Below, piece after piece: positions 30,886 to 40,864 of a stretch of 64,000 nucleotides of DNA. The translations under genes were made by a program, and so were the position numbers. Numbering within the stretch: the first letter of the stretch is position 1; every line of letters begins with the position of its first letter. Below the pieces are notes generated by a model. That model saw nothing but the letters and a program-made list of their open reading frames with translations, searched no databases and was not told the DNA's origin. The DNA comes from Candidatus Latescibacterota bacterium (GTDB lineage: Bacteria; Latescibacterota; UBA2968; GCA-2709665): contig CBDDDZ010000005.1 in assembly GCA_965226795.1 (NCBI GenBank), forward strand, positions 256,001-320,000, given 5' to 3'.

Positions 30886-31974
30886 ATGGAAGGCAGGGCG
30901 CTTGTTCGGGTCGGCATTCTCGGTCAGGGACGCAGCGGTCGGGATATCCATGCGGAGTGGCTGTCACGGTCGCCAGGGAAATATCGGATTGTGGCCGTGT
31001 CGGATCTGCTGCGGGACCGTCGTGACCGCGCGGTACGTGAGTTTGAGTGCGATGCGTATGCTGATTATAAGGAGCTACTGGCGCGGCAGGACCTCGACCT
31101 GATTGTCAACGCGTTGCCCAGCCATCTGCATACACAAAGTACCGTGGAAGCCTTTGGTGCAGGTCATCATGTCGTCTCCGAAAAACCCCTGGCTGCCAGC
31201 ACAAGGGAATTTCGGCGAATGGTGGCGGCGTCCGGGCGGGCAGGCAGGGTGTTCGCACCGTTTCAGCAGTCAAGATACGCGCCGCAATTTCAGCAGATAC
31301 GCAGGGTGATCGATTCCGGCGTGCTGGGGCGAATCGTCCAGATCCGGATTGCGTTCAACGGGTTCGCGCGCCGATGGGACTGGCAGACGCTGCAGGAGTT
31401 CAAAGGCGGTAACCTTCTGAATACGGGGCCGCATCCGATGGACCAGGCCCTGTGTCTGCTGGACTGGAAAAAGCCCGCCGTGCACTGCATCATGGACCGC
31501 ACGAATACGTACGGAGACGCGGAGGATCATGTAAAGGTGCTGTTGCGGCGGAAAGGATCTCCCACGGTCGATCTGGAGATATCCTCCTGCGACGCCTATT
31601 CCGGAGATATGTATCACGTTTACGGTACGCGCGGCGGGCTGACGGGCGGATCCGACGGGATCCGCTGGCGGTTTTTCGATCCCGCGGCGGCGCCGGAACA
31701 GCGGCTCTTGCGGTCTCCGCTTCCGGGACCGAGTTATTGCCGCGAAGAACTGCCCTGGACGGAGAATACGTGGACGCCAAATGAAGTGGAAAAAGATGCG
31801 TTCACGTTTATGTCCAGAGCGTTCTATGATCATTTACATAACGTCCTGCAGAACGGTGCGGCACTGTATATCACGCCAAAGCAGGTCGCCGTGCAGGTGG
31901 CGGTGATGGAGGAATGCCACCGACAGAATCCCCTGTCCAGGTGGCGGCCAAAAGGCTGGAAAAAAGAAAGTTAG
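30886..31974 (+). CDS. Gfo/Idh/MocA oxidoreductase
   Basis: GILGQGRSG, SEKP, RRWDWQT..GGNLLNTGPH motifs. Confidence 0.9.
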   Translation: MEGRALVRVGILGQGRSGRDIHAEWLSRSPGKYRIVAVSDLLRDRRDRAVREFECDAYADYKELLARQDLDLIVNALPSHLHTQSTVEAFGAGHHVVSEKPLAASTREFRRMVAASGRAGRVFAPFQQSRYAPQFQQIRRVIDSGVLGRIVQIRIAFNGFARRWDWQTLQEFKGGNLLNTGPHPMDQALCLLDWKKPAVHCIMDRTNTYGDAEDHVKVLLRRKGSPTVDLEISSCDAYSGDMYHVYGTRGGLTGGSDGIRWRFFDPAAAPEQRLLRSPLPGPSYCREELPWTENTWTPNEVEKDAFTFMSRAFYDHLHNVLQNGAALYITPKQVAVQVAVMEECHRQNPLSRWRPKGWKKES

Positions 31975-31998
31975 TCACGTCGTACAAAGGGGTTCCGT

Positions 31999-33099
31999 AT
32001 GGCGAATACCTATCGAACGGTCCTTGTGGGTTGCGGGGGGATGGGCCGCCAGCATCTGAAAATCCTTCGGGAGTTGCCCGAATTCGAGGTTGCGGGTGTT
32101 TGTGATGTGTTTGCCGAAGCGCTCGAGCAGACAGGAAATACATACGGGGTGTCTTCACGTTTTTCGGACTTTGAGCGGATGTACGACGAAACGCGCCCCG
32201 ATCTCGCCGTTGTGGCCACCCAGACCCGGGGGCATCGCGCGCCGGCCGTGGCCGCGCTGAAGCGAGGCATTTCCGTGCTTTGTGAGAAGCCGATCGCCAT
32301 CGATCCTGCCGAGGCGGACGAGATGGTTGCGGCGGCTTCCGCATCGGGCGCGAAGCTTGCAATTAACCAGCAGAACCACGTGAGCTCGGCGATTCTGAAA
32401 GCCCGGGACATGGTTCGCGGAGGGGAAATCGGGGAGGTCGTGATGGTGCGCGGCCGGAACAAGTGCGGGCGCCGGAGCGGAAACGAGTTTATGGAGATGG
32501 GGACCCACGTGGCCGATATGATGATGCGCTTCGGCGGCGCGCCCGCCTGGTGTTCCGGCACCGTCTATTATCAGGGGCGCCTGGCGGACGTGAACGACAT
32601 TATGGAAGCAAAGGAGATGTCGCCGAATGACCGCGATTCCGGACCGGTAATGGGCGACCGGGCAACGGCGCAGTACGGATTCGAGGGCGGCGTTCTGGGA
32701 GAGATTCACTTTCTGGGATTCACAACGGGCATGGGCGAAAACTACGGCGTGGACGTTATCGGAACCGATGGGCAACTGTCGGTGCGTGCGTCAGGCAGTG
32801 TAGCGGATGCGCTCTGGCGCCTTCCCAGACCGATGGAAGGGTTGCCCGGCGGCCATGGAGGCTGGAAGCCCGTCGTGTCCGGCGAATCGGAGGACGGAAA
32901 CGCCATTGCCAGGATGTACCGCCGCGTGGCGGCAGCGATTGAATCAGGGACGGAACCGCCGTCGAGCGGCGAAGACGGTCGAACGGCTTTCGAGATGATT
33001 CTGGGCATTTATCAGTCACACAGGGAAGGCGGGCGCCGGGTCGCGTTGCCGCTCTCAGATCGTCGGCATCCCCTGGATGCGTGGCGAAGCGAAACTTAA
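31999..33099 (+). CDS. Gfo/Idh/MocA oxidoreductase
   Basis: VGCGGMG, CEKP, EMGTH motifs. Confidence 0.9.
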   Translation: MANTYRTVLVGCGGMGRQHLKILRELPEFEVAGVCDVFAEALEQTGNTYGVSSRFSDFERMYDETRPDLAVVATQTRGHRAPAVAALKRGISVLCEKPIAIDPAEADEMVAAASASGAKLAINQQNHVSSAILKARDMVRGGEIGEVVMVRGRNKCGRRSGNEFMEMGTHVADMMMRFGGAPAWCSGTVYYQGRLADVNDIMEAKEMSPNDRDSGPVMGDRATAQYGFEGGVLGEIHFLGFTTGMGENYGVDVIGTDGQLSVRASGSVADALWRLPRPMEGLPGGHGGWKPVVSGESEDGNAIARMYRRVAAAIESGTEPPSSGEDGRTAFEMILGIYQSHREGGRRVALPLSDRRHPLDAWRSET

Positions 33100-33118
33100 G
33101 ATATGAGTCGGAATAGAC

Positions 33119-34192
33119 ATGCCGATTGCCGATAGCGTCAGGAAGGCCAGGGACGAACTGGATGCCCACGTGCGGGAAACCGTGGCCTGGCATTTCAATC
33201 CGGACACGGGCTGCCCGTTCTGGCTGGAATTCGCGGAGGGGCTGGATTTCGATCCGCGAAGGGAGATCGGCGGATTTTCGGATTTGAAGATTCTGGGACA
33301 CTTTCAGGACGACTGGCTGCGAGGCGGACCCGTACGCCGGTGGATACCCCGAGGAAGCGCAGGGAAGCGGACGTATGTTTTCGAGACCGGCGGATCCACC
33401 GGGGTGCCAAAATACCGGATAAGCCAGGACGACTTCCAGATCGACTATGAGATGTTCAGCAGGCACCTTTCAAACGAGACGTTTCCCAGGGGGGCGGACT
33501 GGCTGATGCTGGGTCCCACGGGACCGAGGCGGCTGCGGCTGGCGGTTGAATATCTGTGCCAGATCCGCGGCGGGATCTGTTTCGTGGTGGACCTGGATCC
33601 CCGGTGGGTGAATAAGCTGATCGTGCGTGGCGCGCTCCAGGAACTGGACCTCTACAAAGCGCACGTGATCGACCAGGCGCTGACCATTTTGCGGGCGAAC
33701 GACAATGTGAAGTGTATGTTTACAACCCCGAAGCTTCTCGAAGCGATCTGCGAAAAGATTTCGTTGGAAAAGGTCGGGATATCGGGGATTTTCTGCGGTG
33801 GGACCGAGATGGACGCGCAATTCAACCGATTCGCCAGGGAGGAATTGGTTCCCGGTATCGATTTCGTGCCCACATACGGAAATACATTGATGGGATTGGC
33901 TTATTCCAAGCCGCTGGAGCCCGCGGACAATTACGCCATTACCTATTATCCGCCGGTGCCCAGGGCGGTTATCGAGTTGGCGGACCCCGAAAATCCTGAC
34001 GAACTGGTGGATTATAACGCCGTTGGCCGGGTGATGTTGACGACGCTGACCCGGGAGTTTTTCATGCCGAGATTTCTGGAACGGGACCAGGGAGAGCGGG
34101 CGGAACCGAGCGAGGCGTTTCCGGTGGACGGGGTACGGAATCTGGGTCTGTTCTCCGAGATGCAGGAGTCGGTCGTCGTCGGGGTTTACTAG
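33119..34192 (+). CDS. Short ANL-superfamily adenylating enzyme (EhpF/LuxE-like)
   Basis: P-loop-like ETGGSTGVPK, PTYGNT, GRVMLTTL..RFLERD; only 357 aa, lacking the C-terminal ANL subdomain. Confidence 0.65.
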   Translation: MPIADSVRKARDELDAHVRETVAWHFNPDTGCPFWLEFAEGLDFDPRREIGGFSDLKILGHFQDDWLRGGPVRRWIPRGSAGKRTYVFETGGSTGVPKYRISQDDFQIDYEMFSRHLSNETFPRGADWLMLGPTGPRRLRLAVEYLCQIRGGICFVVDLDPRWVNKLIVRGALQELDLYKAHVIDQALTILRANDNVKCMFTTPKLLEAICEKISLEKVGISGIFCGGTEMDAQFNRFAREELVPGIDFVPTYGNTLMGLAYSKPLEPADNYAITYYPPVPRAVIELADPENPDELVDYNAVGRVMLTTLTREFFMPRFLERDQGERAEPSEAFPVDGVRNLGLFSEMQESVVVGVY

Positions 34193-34281
34193 GCGGCCCG
34201 CTGCCGCTGTTGTCCAGTGGGGCCGAACGACGGGAACCCCGTCTCGCGTCCGGATTACGGAGAACGCACCAGGAGGATGGC

Positions 34282-35706
34282 GTGACGCATATACCGGTCT
34301 TACGCGCGGGAAAGCCCTATACGAGTCTGGACGTTCAGGAAGTTCCGCACGTCCGGACCGGGGAATCCATGGTCCGGGTCAGCCAGGCGAATCCGGGACT
34401 GATCGCGAGGGATCTCAACGCCGCGCCGGCGAACAAACGGAACCTGGAAGCGTTGAGCGTTTCCGATCTGGTAACCGTAACCCGGAAGGCTGGCGGGTTT
34501 TTCGCGGATGCGGTTCTTCCGCTGGATAAGGAACCTCAATCTCCTGAGGACTACGTCCGGCAGGTTTCGGGGACAACGGGAATACCCGAAGCCCTTTGCC
34601 GGGCGAACATGGGAAAAATCCGGCTGGTTTGCAGCCAGATCGACGAAGTGCTCGGCGGGTTGACGCGTGACCTGGATCTGTCGGTTCTGGATGGGGGGTG
34701 GAACCCTCGTAGCGGTCGGCCATTGAGCTATCTGTGCCAGACCGATGCGCTGGGCGCCGTGTTGCCGAGCAATTCGCCAGGAGTGCATTCGCTCTGGGTT
34801 CCGGCGATTTCACTGAAGGTGCCCCTGGTATTGAAGCCCGGGCGGGAGGATCCCTGGACCCCGTATCGGATTGCACAGGCATTTTTTGCCGCAGGATGCC
34901 CGGTCGAAGCGTTCGGCATCTACCCGACCGCCCACGCCGGCGCCAATGAAATTCTTTTGCGGTGCGGGCGCTCGCTGTTATTCGGCGGAGGGGCCACGGT
35001 GGCGCCGTGGCGCAACGATCCACGGATCTCGATTCACGGCCCCGGCCGGAGCAAGGTGATTCTTGGTGAAGACCTGGTCGACCGCTGGGAAGATTATCTG
35101 GATGTGATCCTCGTTTCGATAACTGCAAACGGCGGGCGGTCGTGCATCAATGCTTCAGGCGTGTGGACGCCAGCGTACGGACGGGAGATTGCCGAGGCGC
35201 TCGCGTGCCGGCTTGCGGGGATCGGAGCCCGGCCGCTCGACGATCCGGAAGCGCAGCTTGCCGCGTTTGCCAATCCCGCGGCCGCGGTTCAGGTTTCAAA
35301 TACGATTGACGTGCACCTGGGAAACGGCGGCGCAAAGGACCTGACAGCGGACTTGCGTCGGAACCGGCTCGAGGAAATAGACGGCCTCACGTTTTTGAAT
35401 CCCACGCTGGTGTGGTGTGAGTCTCCCGAACACCCGCTGGCGAATACGGAGTTCCTGTTCCCTTACGCGAGCGTGGTCGAAGTGCCGCAGTCGGACGTGC
35501 ACAACCGGATCGGGCCGAGCCTGGTGGTGACCGCATTGACGGAAGACGAAGCCCTGATCAGTCAGTTGCTGAGTTCACCTCACGTGGAAAGACTGAACCT
35601 CGGGCCGATTCCCACGAACCGGATTTCCTGGGACCAGCCTCACGAAGGCAATTTGTTCGAACATCTCTACCGGCAGCGGGCCTTTCAGTTCGCGCGGGGA
35701 GCGTAG
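34282..35706 (+). CDS. Aldehyde dehydrogenase-fold protein (acyl-reductase, LuxC/EhpG-like)
   Basis: LPSNSPG, LKPG, NGGRSC (catalytic Cys), EFLFP; HGPG replaces ELGG; AGGAGG RBS before a GTG start. Confidence 0.75.
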   Translation: MTHIPVLRAGKPYTSLDVQEVPHVRTGESMVRVSQANPGLIARDLNAAPANKRNLEALSVSDLVTVTRKAGGFFADAVLPLDKEPQSPEDYVRQVSGTTGIPEALCRANMGKIRLVCSQIDEVLGGLTRDLDLSVLDGGWNPRSGRPLSYLCQTDALGAVLPSNSPGVHSLWVPAISLKVPLVLKPGREDPWTPYRIAQAFFAAGCPVEAFGIYPTAHAGANEILLRCGRSLLFGGGATVAPWRNDPRISIHGPGRSKVILGEDLVDRWEDYLDVILVSITANGGRSCINASGVWTPAYGREIAEALACRLAGIGARPLDDPEAQLAAFANPAAAVQVSNTIDVHLGNGGAKDLTADLRRNRLEEIDGLTFLNPTLVWCESPEHPLANTEFLFPYASVVEVPQSDVHNRIGPSLVVTALTEDEALISQLLSSPHVERLNLGPIPTNRISWDQPHEGNLFEHLYRQRAFQFARGA

Positions 35707-35716
35707 AATCCTTCGG

Positions 35717-36832
35717 ATGGAACCCTTCGACCTTCATCCTGCGCCGCGAGTGATATTCGGGGAAGGCGCACTGGGGCAACTTGGGGACCTGGCGGATGTA
35801 CTGGGTGGAAGGCGGATTCTGCTCGTTACCGATCCCGGAATTGTCAACGCGGGCATCGCGGAAAGGGCATCGGCGCTGCTGCAGCGCGGGAACCGAGACG
35901 CCTTCCTGTTCGACGGGGCTGGCGAAAACCCCACAACGGCACACGTGGACGCGGGGGTGGAGGTTGCCGCGGCGCATGGCGGCATCGGTCTCATTGTGGG
36001 CCTGGGGGGCGGCAGCGCGATGGATTGCGCCAAGGGGATTAATTTCATCCTCACCAATGGCGGGCGGATCGAAGACTACCGGGGAATGGGCAGGGCGGCG
36101 CGCCCGATGTTGCCCTCGATCGGCGTTCCCACAACCGCGGGGACAGGCAGCGAGGCGCAGTCCTACGCGTTGATCGCCAGGGCGGATACTCACGAGAAGA
36201 TGGCTTGCGGAGACCTCAAGGCGAGGTTTCGAGGCGTCATCCTGGATCCCGCGCTCACATCGAGCGTTCCAAGACATGTGGCTGCCGCTTCGGGTATCGA
36301 TGCCATCGCGCATGCTGTGGAGAGTTACGTAAGTACGCGGCGGAACGCGGTGTCGCGCATGTACGCGATGGAGGCGTGGCGGTTGCTCGCATCGGGATTC
36401 GAAGGGGCGTTGGAGCCGACGGCAGGCCCGGACGCCAGGGCCGCCATGCTTCTGGGCGCGCATTTCGCAGGGGCGGCTATCGAGAATGCAATGCTGGGTG
36501 CCGCCCACGCGTGCGCCAATCCGCTGACGGCTCGGTACGGCATCACGCACGGCGTCGCGGTGGGCCTGATGCTTCCGTCAGTGATCCGGTTCAACGGGGA
36601 AACGGATGGGGCGCTCTACGAAGGACTTGGGTTGACGGCCGGGGCGCTCGCCGAGCAGATCGTCCGATTCAGACACACGGCGAATCTGCCCGGACGCCTG
36701 TGTGAACTTGGGGTTGGCCGGGATCGGCTGCCGGAGCTGGCGGCGGAGGCGGCAAACCAGTGGACGGGGACATTCAATCCGCGGCCGGTCCGCGAGGCCG
36801 AATACCTGGCGTTATATGAAGAGGCGTATTGA
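35717..36832 (+). CDS. Iron-containing alcohol dehydrogenase
   Basis: GGGSAMDCAK, PTTAGTGSE, DAIAHAVE, AHACA, HG motifs. Confidence 0.92.
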   Translation: MEPFDLHPAPRVIFGEGALGQLGDLADVLGGRRILLVTDPGIVNAGIAERASALLQRGNRDAFLFDGAGENPTTAHVDAGVEVAAAHGGIGLIVGLGGGSAMDCAKGINFILTNGGRIEDYRGMGRAARPMLPSIGVPTTAGTGSEAQSYALIARADTHEKMACGDLKARFRGVILDPALTSSVPRHVAAASGIDAIAHAVESYVSTRRNAVSRMYAMEAWRLLASGFEGALEPTAGPDARAAMLLGAHFAGAAIENAMLGAAHACANPLTARYGITHGVAVGLMLPSVIRFNGETDGALYEGLGLTAGALAEQIVRFRHTANLPGRLCELGVGRDRLPELAAEAANQWTGTFNPRPVREAEYLALYEEAY

Positions 36833-37973
36833 GTTTCGGGCCTGGCGGCAGACGAGACGCATTGAGGGCGTCTTTCTTTTCTTCTGCCTATTGCACGTAA
36901 TGGTTCCCGTCTGCGTTGCCGGCGAGGCGGCCTGGCCGCGGTTTCGTGGCGACGCACAATCCACCGGACTTGCGCAGGGATCGCTGCCCGATAGCCTGGT
37001 GGTTGTGTGGACCGCCCGCGTACCGGTGGGAATCGAGTCCACGGCGGCGATCTGGCGGGGTACGGTGTATGTGGGCGGGCTGGACGGCAAACTTCATGCA
37101 TTTGATCTGGACGGTGGCGGATTGAAGTGGACGTATACGGCCCGGGGGGAAGTCAAGTCGTCTCCGATGGTTGCCGACGGCGCCGTTTTTTTTGGTGATG
37201 GCGGCGGCGGGTTCCACGCCGTGGAGGCGGGAACGGGGAGAGGGATCTGGATGTTCCGGACAGGGGGGGAGATCATTTCTTCGGCCACGGGGGATGGAGC
37301 CCGGGTGTTGTTTGGATCTTATGACCAGTTCCTTTACTGCCTCGCAACGAAGGACGGTTCGTTGTTGTGGAAATTGGAGACGGGCGGATACGTCCACGGA
37401 ACGCCGGCCCTCGTGGGCGGACGGGCGGTTGTCGCGGGGTGCGACGGTCTGATGCGGTTGGTGAACGTGGCCGATGGGGTTGAAGTCTCAAATGTGGTCG
37501 TGTACGACTACGTCGCGTCGAGTGTCGCGGTGCACAACGGACGCGCCTACCTGGGTAATTTCGGAAGCCAGGTCCTGGGTGTGGATCTGTCGGCGACGAA
37601 GGTCGTGTGGCGGTACGAGCATCCCAGCCGCAAGCATCCTTACTACGCCTCAGCAGCGGTGACCGACACGCGCGTGATCGTGGCCGGGCGAGACAAAATG
37701 GTGCGTGCGCTGAATCCGGACACGGGCGCGTTGTTGTGGATACGCTCGTTCCGTTCTCGCATCGATTCCTCGCCGGTGGTCGCGGGAAATCGTGTTTTTG
37801 TGGGGACAACAGGGGGACGGGTTCTGGCGCTGGATTTAAATACGGGCGAAGAGGAATGGGAATTCGTAACCGGTTCGGAAATCCTGGCCTCGCCCAGCGT
37901 GGCCGGCGGCAGACTCGTGATAGGTGCGACCGACGGGACCCTTTATTGCTTTGGGAGTGAAACGAAAAAATGA
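36816..37973 (+). CDS. Secreted PQQ-binding-like (BamB-type) beta-propeller protein
   Basis: Signal peptide, WPRFRGD, repeated SSP-V..G..LW blades. Confidence 0.85.
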   Translation: MKRRIEFRAWRQTRRIEGVFLFFCLLHVMVPVCVAGEAAWPRFRGDAQSTGLAQGSLPDSLVVVWTARVPVGIESTAAIWRGTVYVGGLDGKLHAFDLDGGGLKWTYTARGEVKSSPMVADGAVFFGDGGGGFHAVEAGTGRGIWMFRTGGEIISSATGDGARVLFGSYDQFLYCLATKDGSLLWKLETGGYVHGTPALVGGRAVVAGCDGLMRLVNVADGVEVSNVVVYDYVASSVAVHNGRAYLGNFGSQVLGVDLSATKVVWRYEHPSRKHPYYASAAVTDTRVIVAGRDKMVRALNPDTGALLWIRSFRSRIDSSPVVAGNRVFVGTTGGRVLALDLNTGEEEWEFVTGSEILASPSVAGGRLVIGATDGTLYCFGSETKK

Positions 37974-39316
37974 CTGAACAAGTTCACGTTCCGGAACCTG
38001 CAACCTCCAGGAAAGATTGGAAGGAAACACAGGTCGGCAGTGTGTTCGTTTCCAACTATCCGCCCTATTCGTTCTGGCAGGATGAGCACAACCAGCAGGT
38101 CGTGGATATGCTGCACACGGCGGATCCGTCGGCGAGGCGGGTGCCGCTTGGTCTGTACCTGCATATCCCATTCTGCAGGAAGCGGTGCAAGTTCTGCTAT
38201 TTCCGGGTGTATACGGATCGCAACAGTTCGGAGATCCAGGTCTATCTGGACGCGCTGGCCAGAGAGGTGGAATATTACGCCGGCCTGCCCAGAATTGCCG
38301 GACGCAGCTTGCAATTCGTCTACTTCGGAGGAGGGACGCCGTCTTATATCAGTGTGAGACACCTGAAGGCGCTGGTGGATCGATTGAAAGCCGTAATGAC
38401 CTGGGACGGCGCCGAAGAGGTGGCGTTCGAGTGCGAACCTGGCACGTTGTCCCGGCCCAAGGTGGACGCCATACGCGAGATCGGCGTGACGCGGTTGAGC
38501 CTGGGATTGGAGAACCTGAATGACGGGATTCTGAGAGAGAACGGCCGCGCGCACGTCGGCAAAGAGATATACGAGGCCATGGGTTGGGTGAAATCACAGG
38601 AATTCGCGCAGGTGAACGTGGACCTGATTTCGGGGATGGTGGGCGAGGCGTGGCAGACTTGGAAGGAAACGGTGCAGGGCACCATTGACCTGGACGCGGA
38701 CAGCGTAACCATCTATCAGATGGAACTTCCGTTCAATACCACGTATTCCAGGTCGATCCTGGATGGGAGAAGACTGAGCGTCGCCGATTGGGAGACGAAG
38801 CGTGCGTGGCATGCCTATGCGATTGACGCGTTCGAGGCCGCGGGCTACGAGACGTCGAGCGCCTATACGCTCGTAAAGAAGGGTCGATTGAAGCGGTTTG
38901 TCTATCGTGACGCGCTCTGGCGCAGCGCGGATCTGATCGGCGCGGGAGTCGCGTCGTTTTCTCACGTGGGCGGGATTCACTTTCAGAATCACACGCAGTG
39001 GGACCCCTATGTCGAGGCCTGCCGGCAGGAGCGGTTGCCGCTGAACAGGTCCTTTGTTCCTACCGACGAGGAGCGTCTGGTTCGCGAGATGATCCTGCAG
39101 CTCAAGCTCGGAAGGATCGAATCCGGATATTTCAAGGAAAAATTCGGCGTGAATATCCTCGAACGGTTCAGCGAGGCCTACCGGAGGCTGAGGAAATTGG
39201 GCATGTTGGATTTCGACGCACGGGAGGTCAGGTTGAGTCGTGAGGGGTTGTTGCGGGTCGACCAGCTGTTGCCGGAGTTCTATCACGAGCGTTATCGCAA
39301 TTCAAGGTACACCTGA
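37970..39316 (+). CDS. HemN-like radical SAM enzyme
   Basis: YLHIPFCRKRCKFC (CxxxCxxC), YFGGGTPS, C-terminal HemN_C-like domain. Confidence 0.88.
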   Translation: MTEQVHVPEPATSRKDWKETQVGSVFVSNYPPYSFWQDEHNQQVVDMLHTADPSARRVPLGLYLHIPFCRKRCKFCYFRVYTDRNSSEIQVYLDALAREVEYYAGLPRIAGRSLQFVYFGGGTPSYISVRHLKALVDRLKAVMTWDGAEEVAFECEPGTLSRPKVDAIREIGVTRLSLGLENLNDGILRENGRAHVGKEIYEAMGWVKSQEFAQVNVDLISGMVGEAWQTWKETVQGTIDLDADSVTIYQMELPFNTTYSRSILDGRRLSVADWETKRAWHAYAIDAFEAAGYETSSAYTLVKKGRLKRFVYRDALWRSADLIGAGVASFSHVGGIHFQNHTQWDPYVEACRQERLPLNRSFVPTDEERLVREMILQLKLGRIESGYFKEKFGVNILERFSEAYRRLRKLGMLDFDAREVRLSREGLLRVDQLLPEFYHERYRNSRYT

Positions 39317-39330
39317 ATCCTGGTCTGGCA

Positions 39331-39544
39331 CCCTGAGCGTGCGGTCCCTTAGCCGGGTCCCTGAGCCGCCCCATGAGCTTGCGGTCCCTGAGCCTGTCGA
39401 AGGGTCGAAGGACTGTCGAAGGGTAGCGAAACGCGGGCGCTTCGACAAGCTCAGCGTACACATTTCGACAAACTCGCTTCGACAAGCTCAACGCACGCAT
39501 TGACCACGCTTCGACACGCTCAGCGTCCACACCTCGACAGACTC
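39331..39544. repeat. Cluster of CCTGAGCCTGTCGAAGG / CTTCGACAAGCTCAG palindromic repeats
   Basis: Multiple CCTGAGC and TTCGACA(A)GCTC units; the core is repeated at 62602-62663. Confidence 0.75.
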
Positions 39545-39616
39545 TCCGCAATGACGGTCCACCGCACGGTCATTCGCGTGGCTGGTGGGTCCGTGCAGGT
39601 CCGAAAAGGAGAACGC

Positions 39617-40837
39617 ATGGTACGTGGAATTGCCGCATTGGCCGCGGTATTGTTCCTGTCTGGCGTCCAATCCGTCCACGCGGACTGGCCGCAGTGGTTG
39701 GGGCCGGATCGGACCGGCGTCTCGCAGGAAACCGGATTTCTGAAGGCCTGGCCGCAGGCCGGCCCGGGTGTTGTCTGGAAGAAGAATCTTGGCGAGGGGT
39801 TTTCGGGGATTTCGGTGGCGAATGGCCGTGTATTCACCATGTTTGCCGCGGGGGCCGATGAGTTTGTCGTCTGTCTGAATGAGGAATCGGGCGCTGAAAT
39901 TTGGCGGGTCAGGACCGGGGGGAGCTTCAAGGAGTGGCAGGGGGGCAACGGACCGCGTTCACAGCCGACGGTAGATGGAGAACGGGTCTATGTCCTTGGC
40001 GCGGAGGGCTGGTTGTACGCGTTGAACGTTGAGAACGGCGAAAGGATATGGGCCGTGGATCTGGTCGACGGTCTGGGCGGCCGGTTCCCACGGTTCGGAT
40101 TTTCGACTTCGCCGCTGGTGGAAGGCGACCTGTTGTTCCTGGAGGCGAATACACCGTCGGGCACATTTCTGGCGATGTACAAGGACAGCGGTAAACTCAA
40201 ATGGGCGTCTCAAAGCGACGTGCCGTCTTATTCATCGCCCATTGTCCTGGATCTCGCGGGCGTGCGGCAGGTGGTCTATTTTTCGGGTGAGGCCGTGGTC
40301 GGGCTTTCACCGGTGGACGGCACCCTCTATTGGCGGTTCCCATGGAGGACGTCGTACGATCTGAATATTGCCACACCCGTTTTTGTACCTCCGGATCAGA
40401 TCTTTATATCGTCGGGCTACGATCATGGCGCAGCTTTACTGCGGATTGAGGCAGGGAGCGGCGGGATAGCGGCCGCCAGAGTTTGGGAGAACCGGCGGAT
40501 GAAGAATCATTTCGGCACATCCGTGTTGATCGGGGACTATATTTATGGATTCGACAATGCCATCCTCAAATGTATCGAGGCCCGGACCGGAAAAGAGCAA
40601 TGGAAGCACCGTGGGTATGGCAAGGGCTCGTTGATCTATGGAGACGGGCATCTCATCATTTTGAGCGACAACGGCAGGCTTGCCCTGGCGTTAGCTTCGC
40701 CTGAAGGATTTCGGGAGAAGGCCGGTGTGCAGGTGCTTACCGGCCGAAGCTGGACTGGGCCAACCCTGGCCAATGGCCGTGTATTTGTGCGGGATATGCG
40801 AAAAATCGTCTGCCTGGATCTCGGGCCGGGCGGATAG
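39617..40837 (+). CDS. Secreted PQQ-binding-like beta-propeller protein
   Basis: Signal peptide, DWPQWLGPDRTG, GPRSQP, YSSP motifs. Confidence 0.85.
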   Translation: MVRGIAALAAVLFLSGVQSVHADWPQWLGPDRTGVSQETGFLKAWPQAGPGVVWKKNLGEGFSGISVANGRVFTMFAAGADEFVVCLNEESGAEIWRVRTGGSFKEWQGGNGPRSQPTVDGERVYVLGAEGWLYALNVENGERIWAVDLVDGLGGRFPRFGFSTSPLVEGDLLFLEANTPSGTFLAMYKDSGKLKWASQSDVPSYSSPIVLDLAGVRQVVYFSGEAVVGLSPVDGTLYWRFPWRTSYDLNIATPVFVPPDQIFISSGYDHGAALLRIEAGSGGIAAARVWENRRMKNHFGTSVLIGDYIYGFDNAILKCIEARTGKEQWKHRGYGKGSLIYGDGHLIILSDNGRLALALASPEGFREKAGVQVLTGRSWTGPTLANGRVFVRDMRKIVCLDLGPGG

Positions 40838-40864
40838 ATTGGAATGTGGAGAGGAAATAGCGTG

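Noticed and set aside
33119..35706. Bioluminescence (luxCE) or phenazine operon
   Set aside because: No luxAB/luxD or phzA-G homologs in the window; only fold-level similarity.
39331..39544. CRISPR array
   Set aside because: Repeats are degenerate, inverted and irregularly spaced, with no unique spacers or cas genes.
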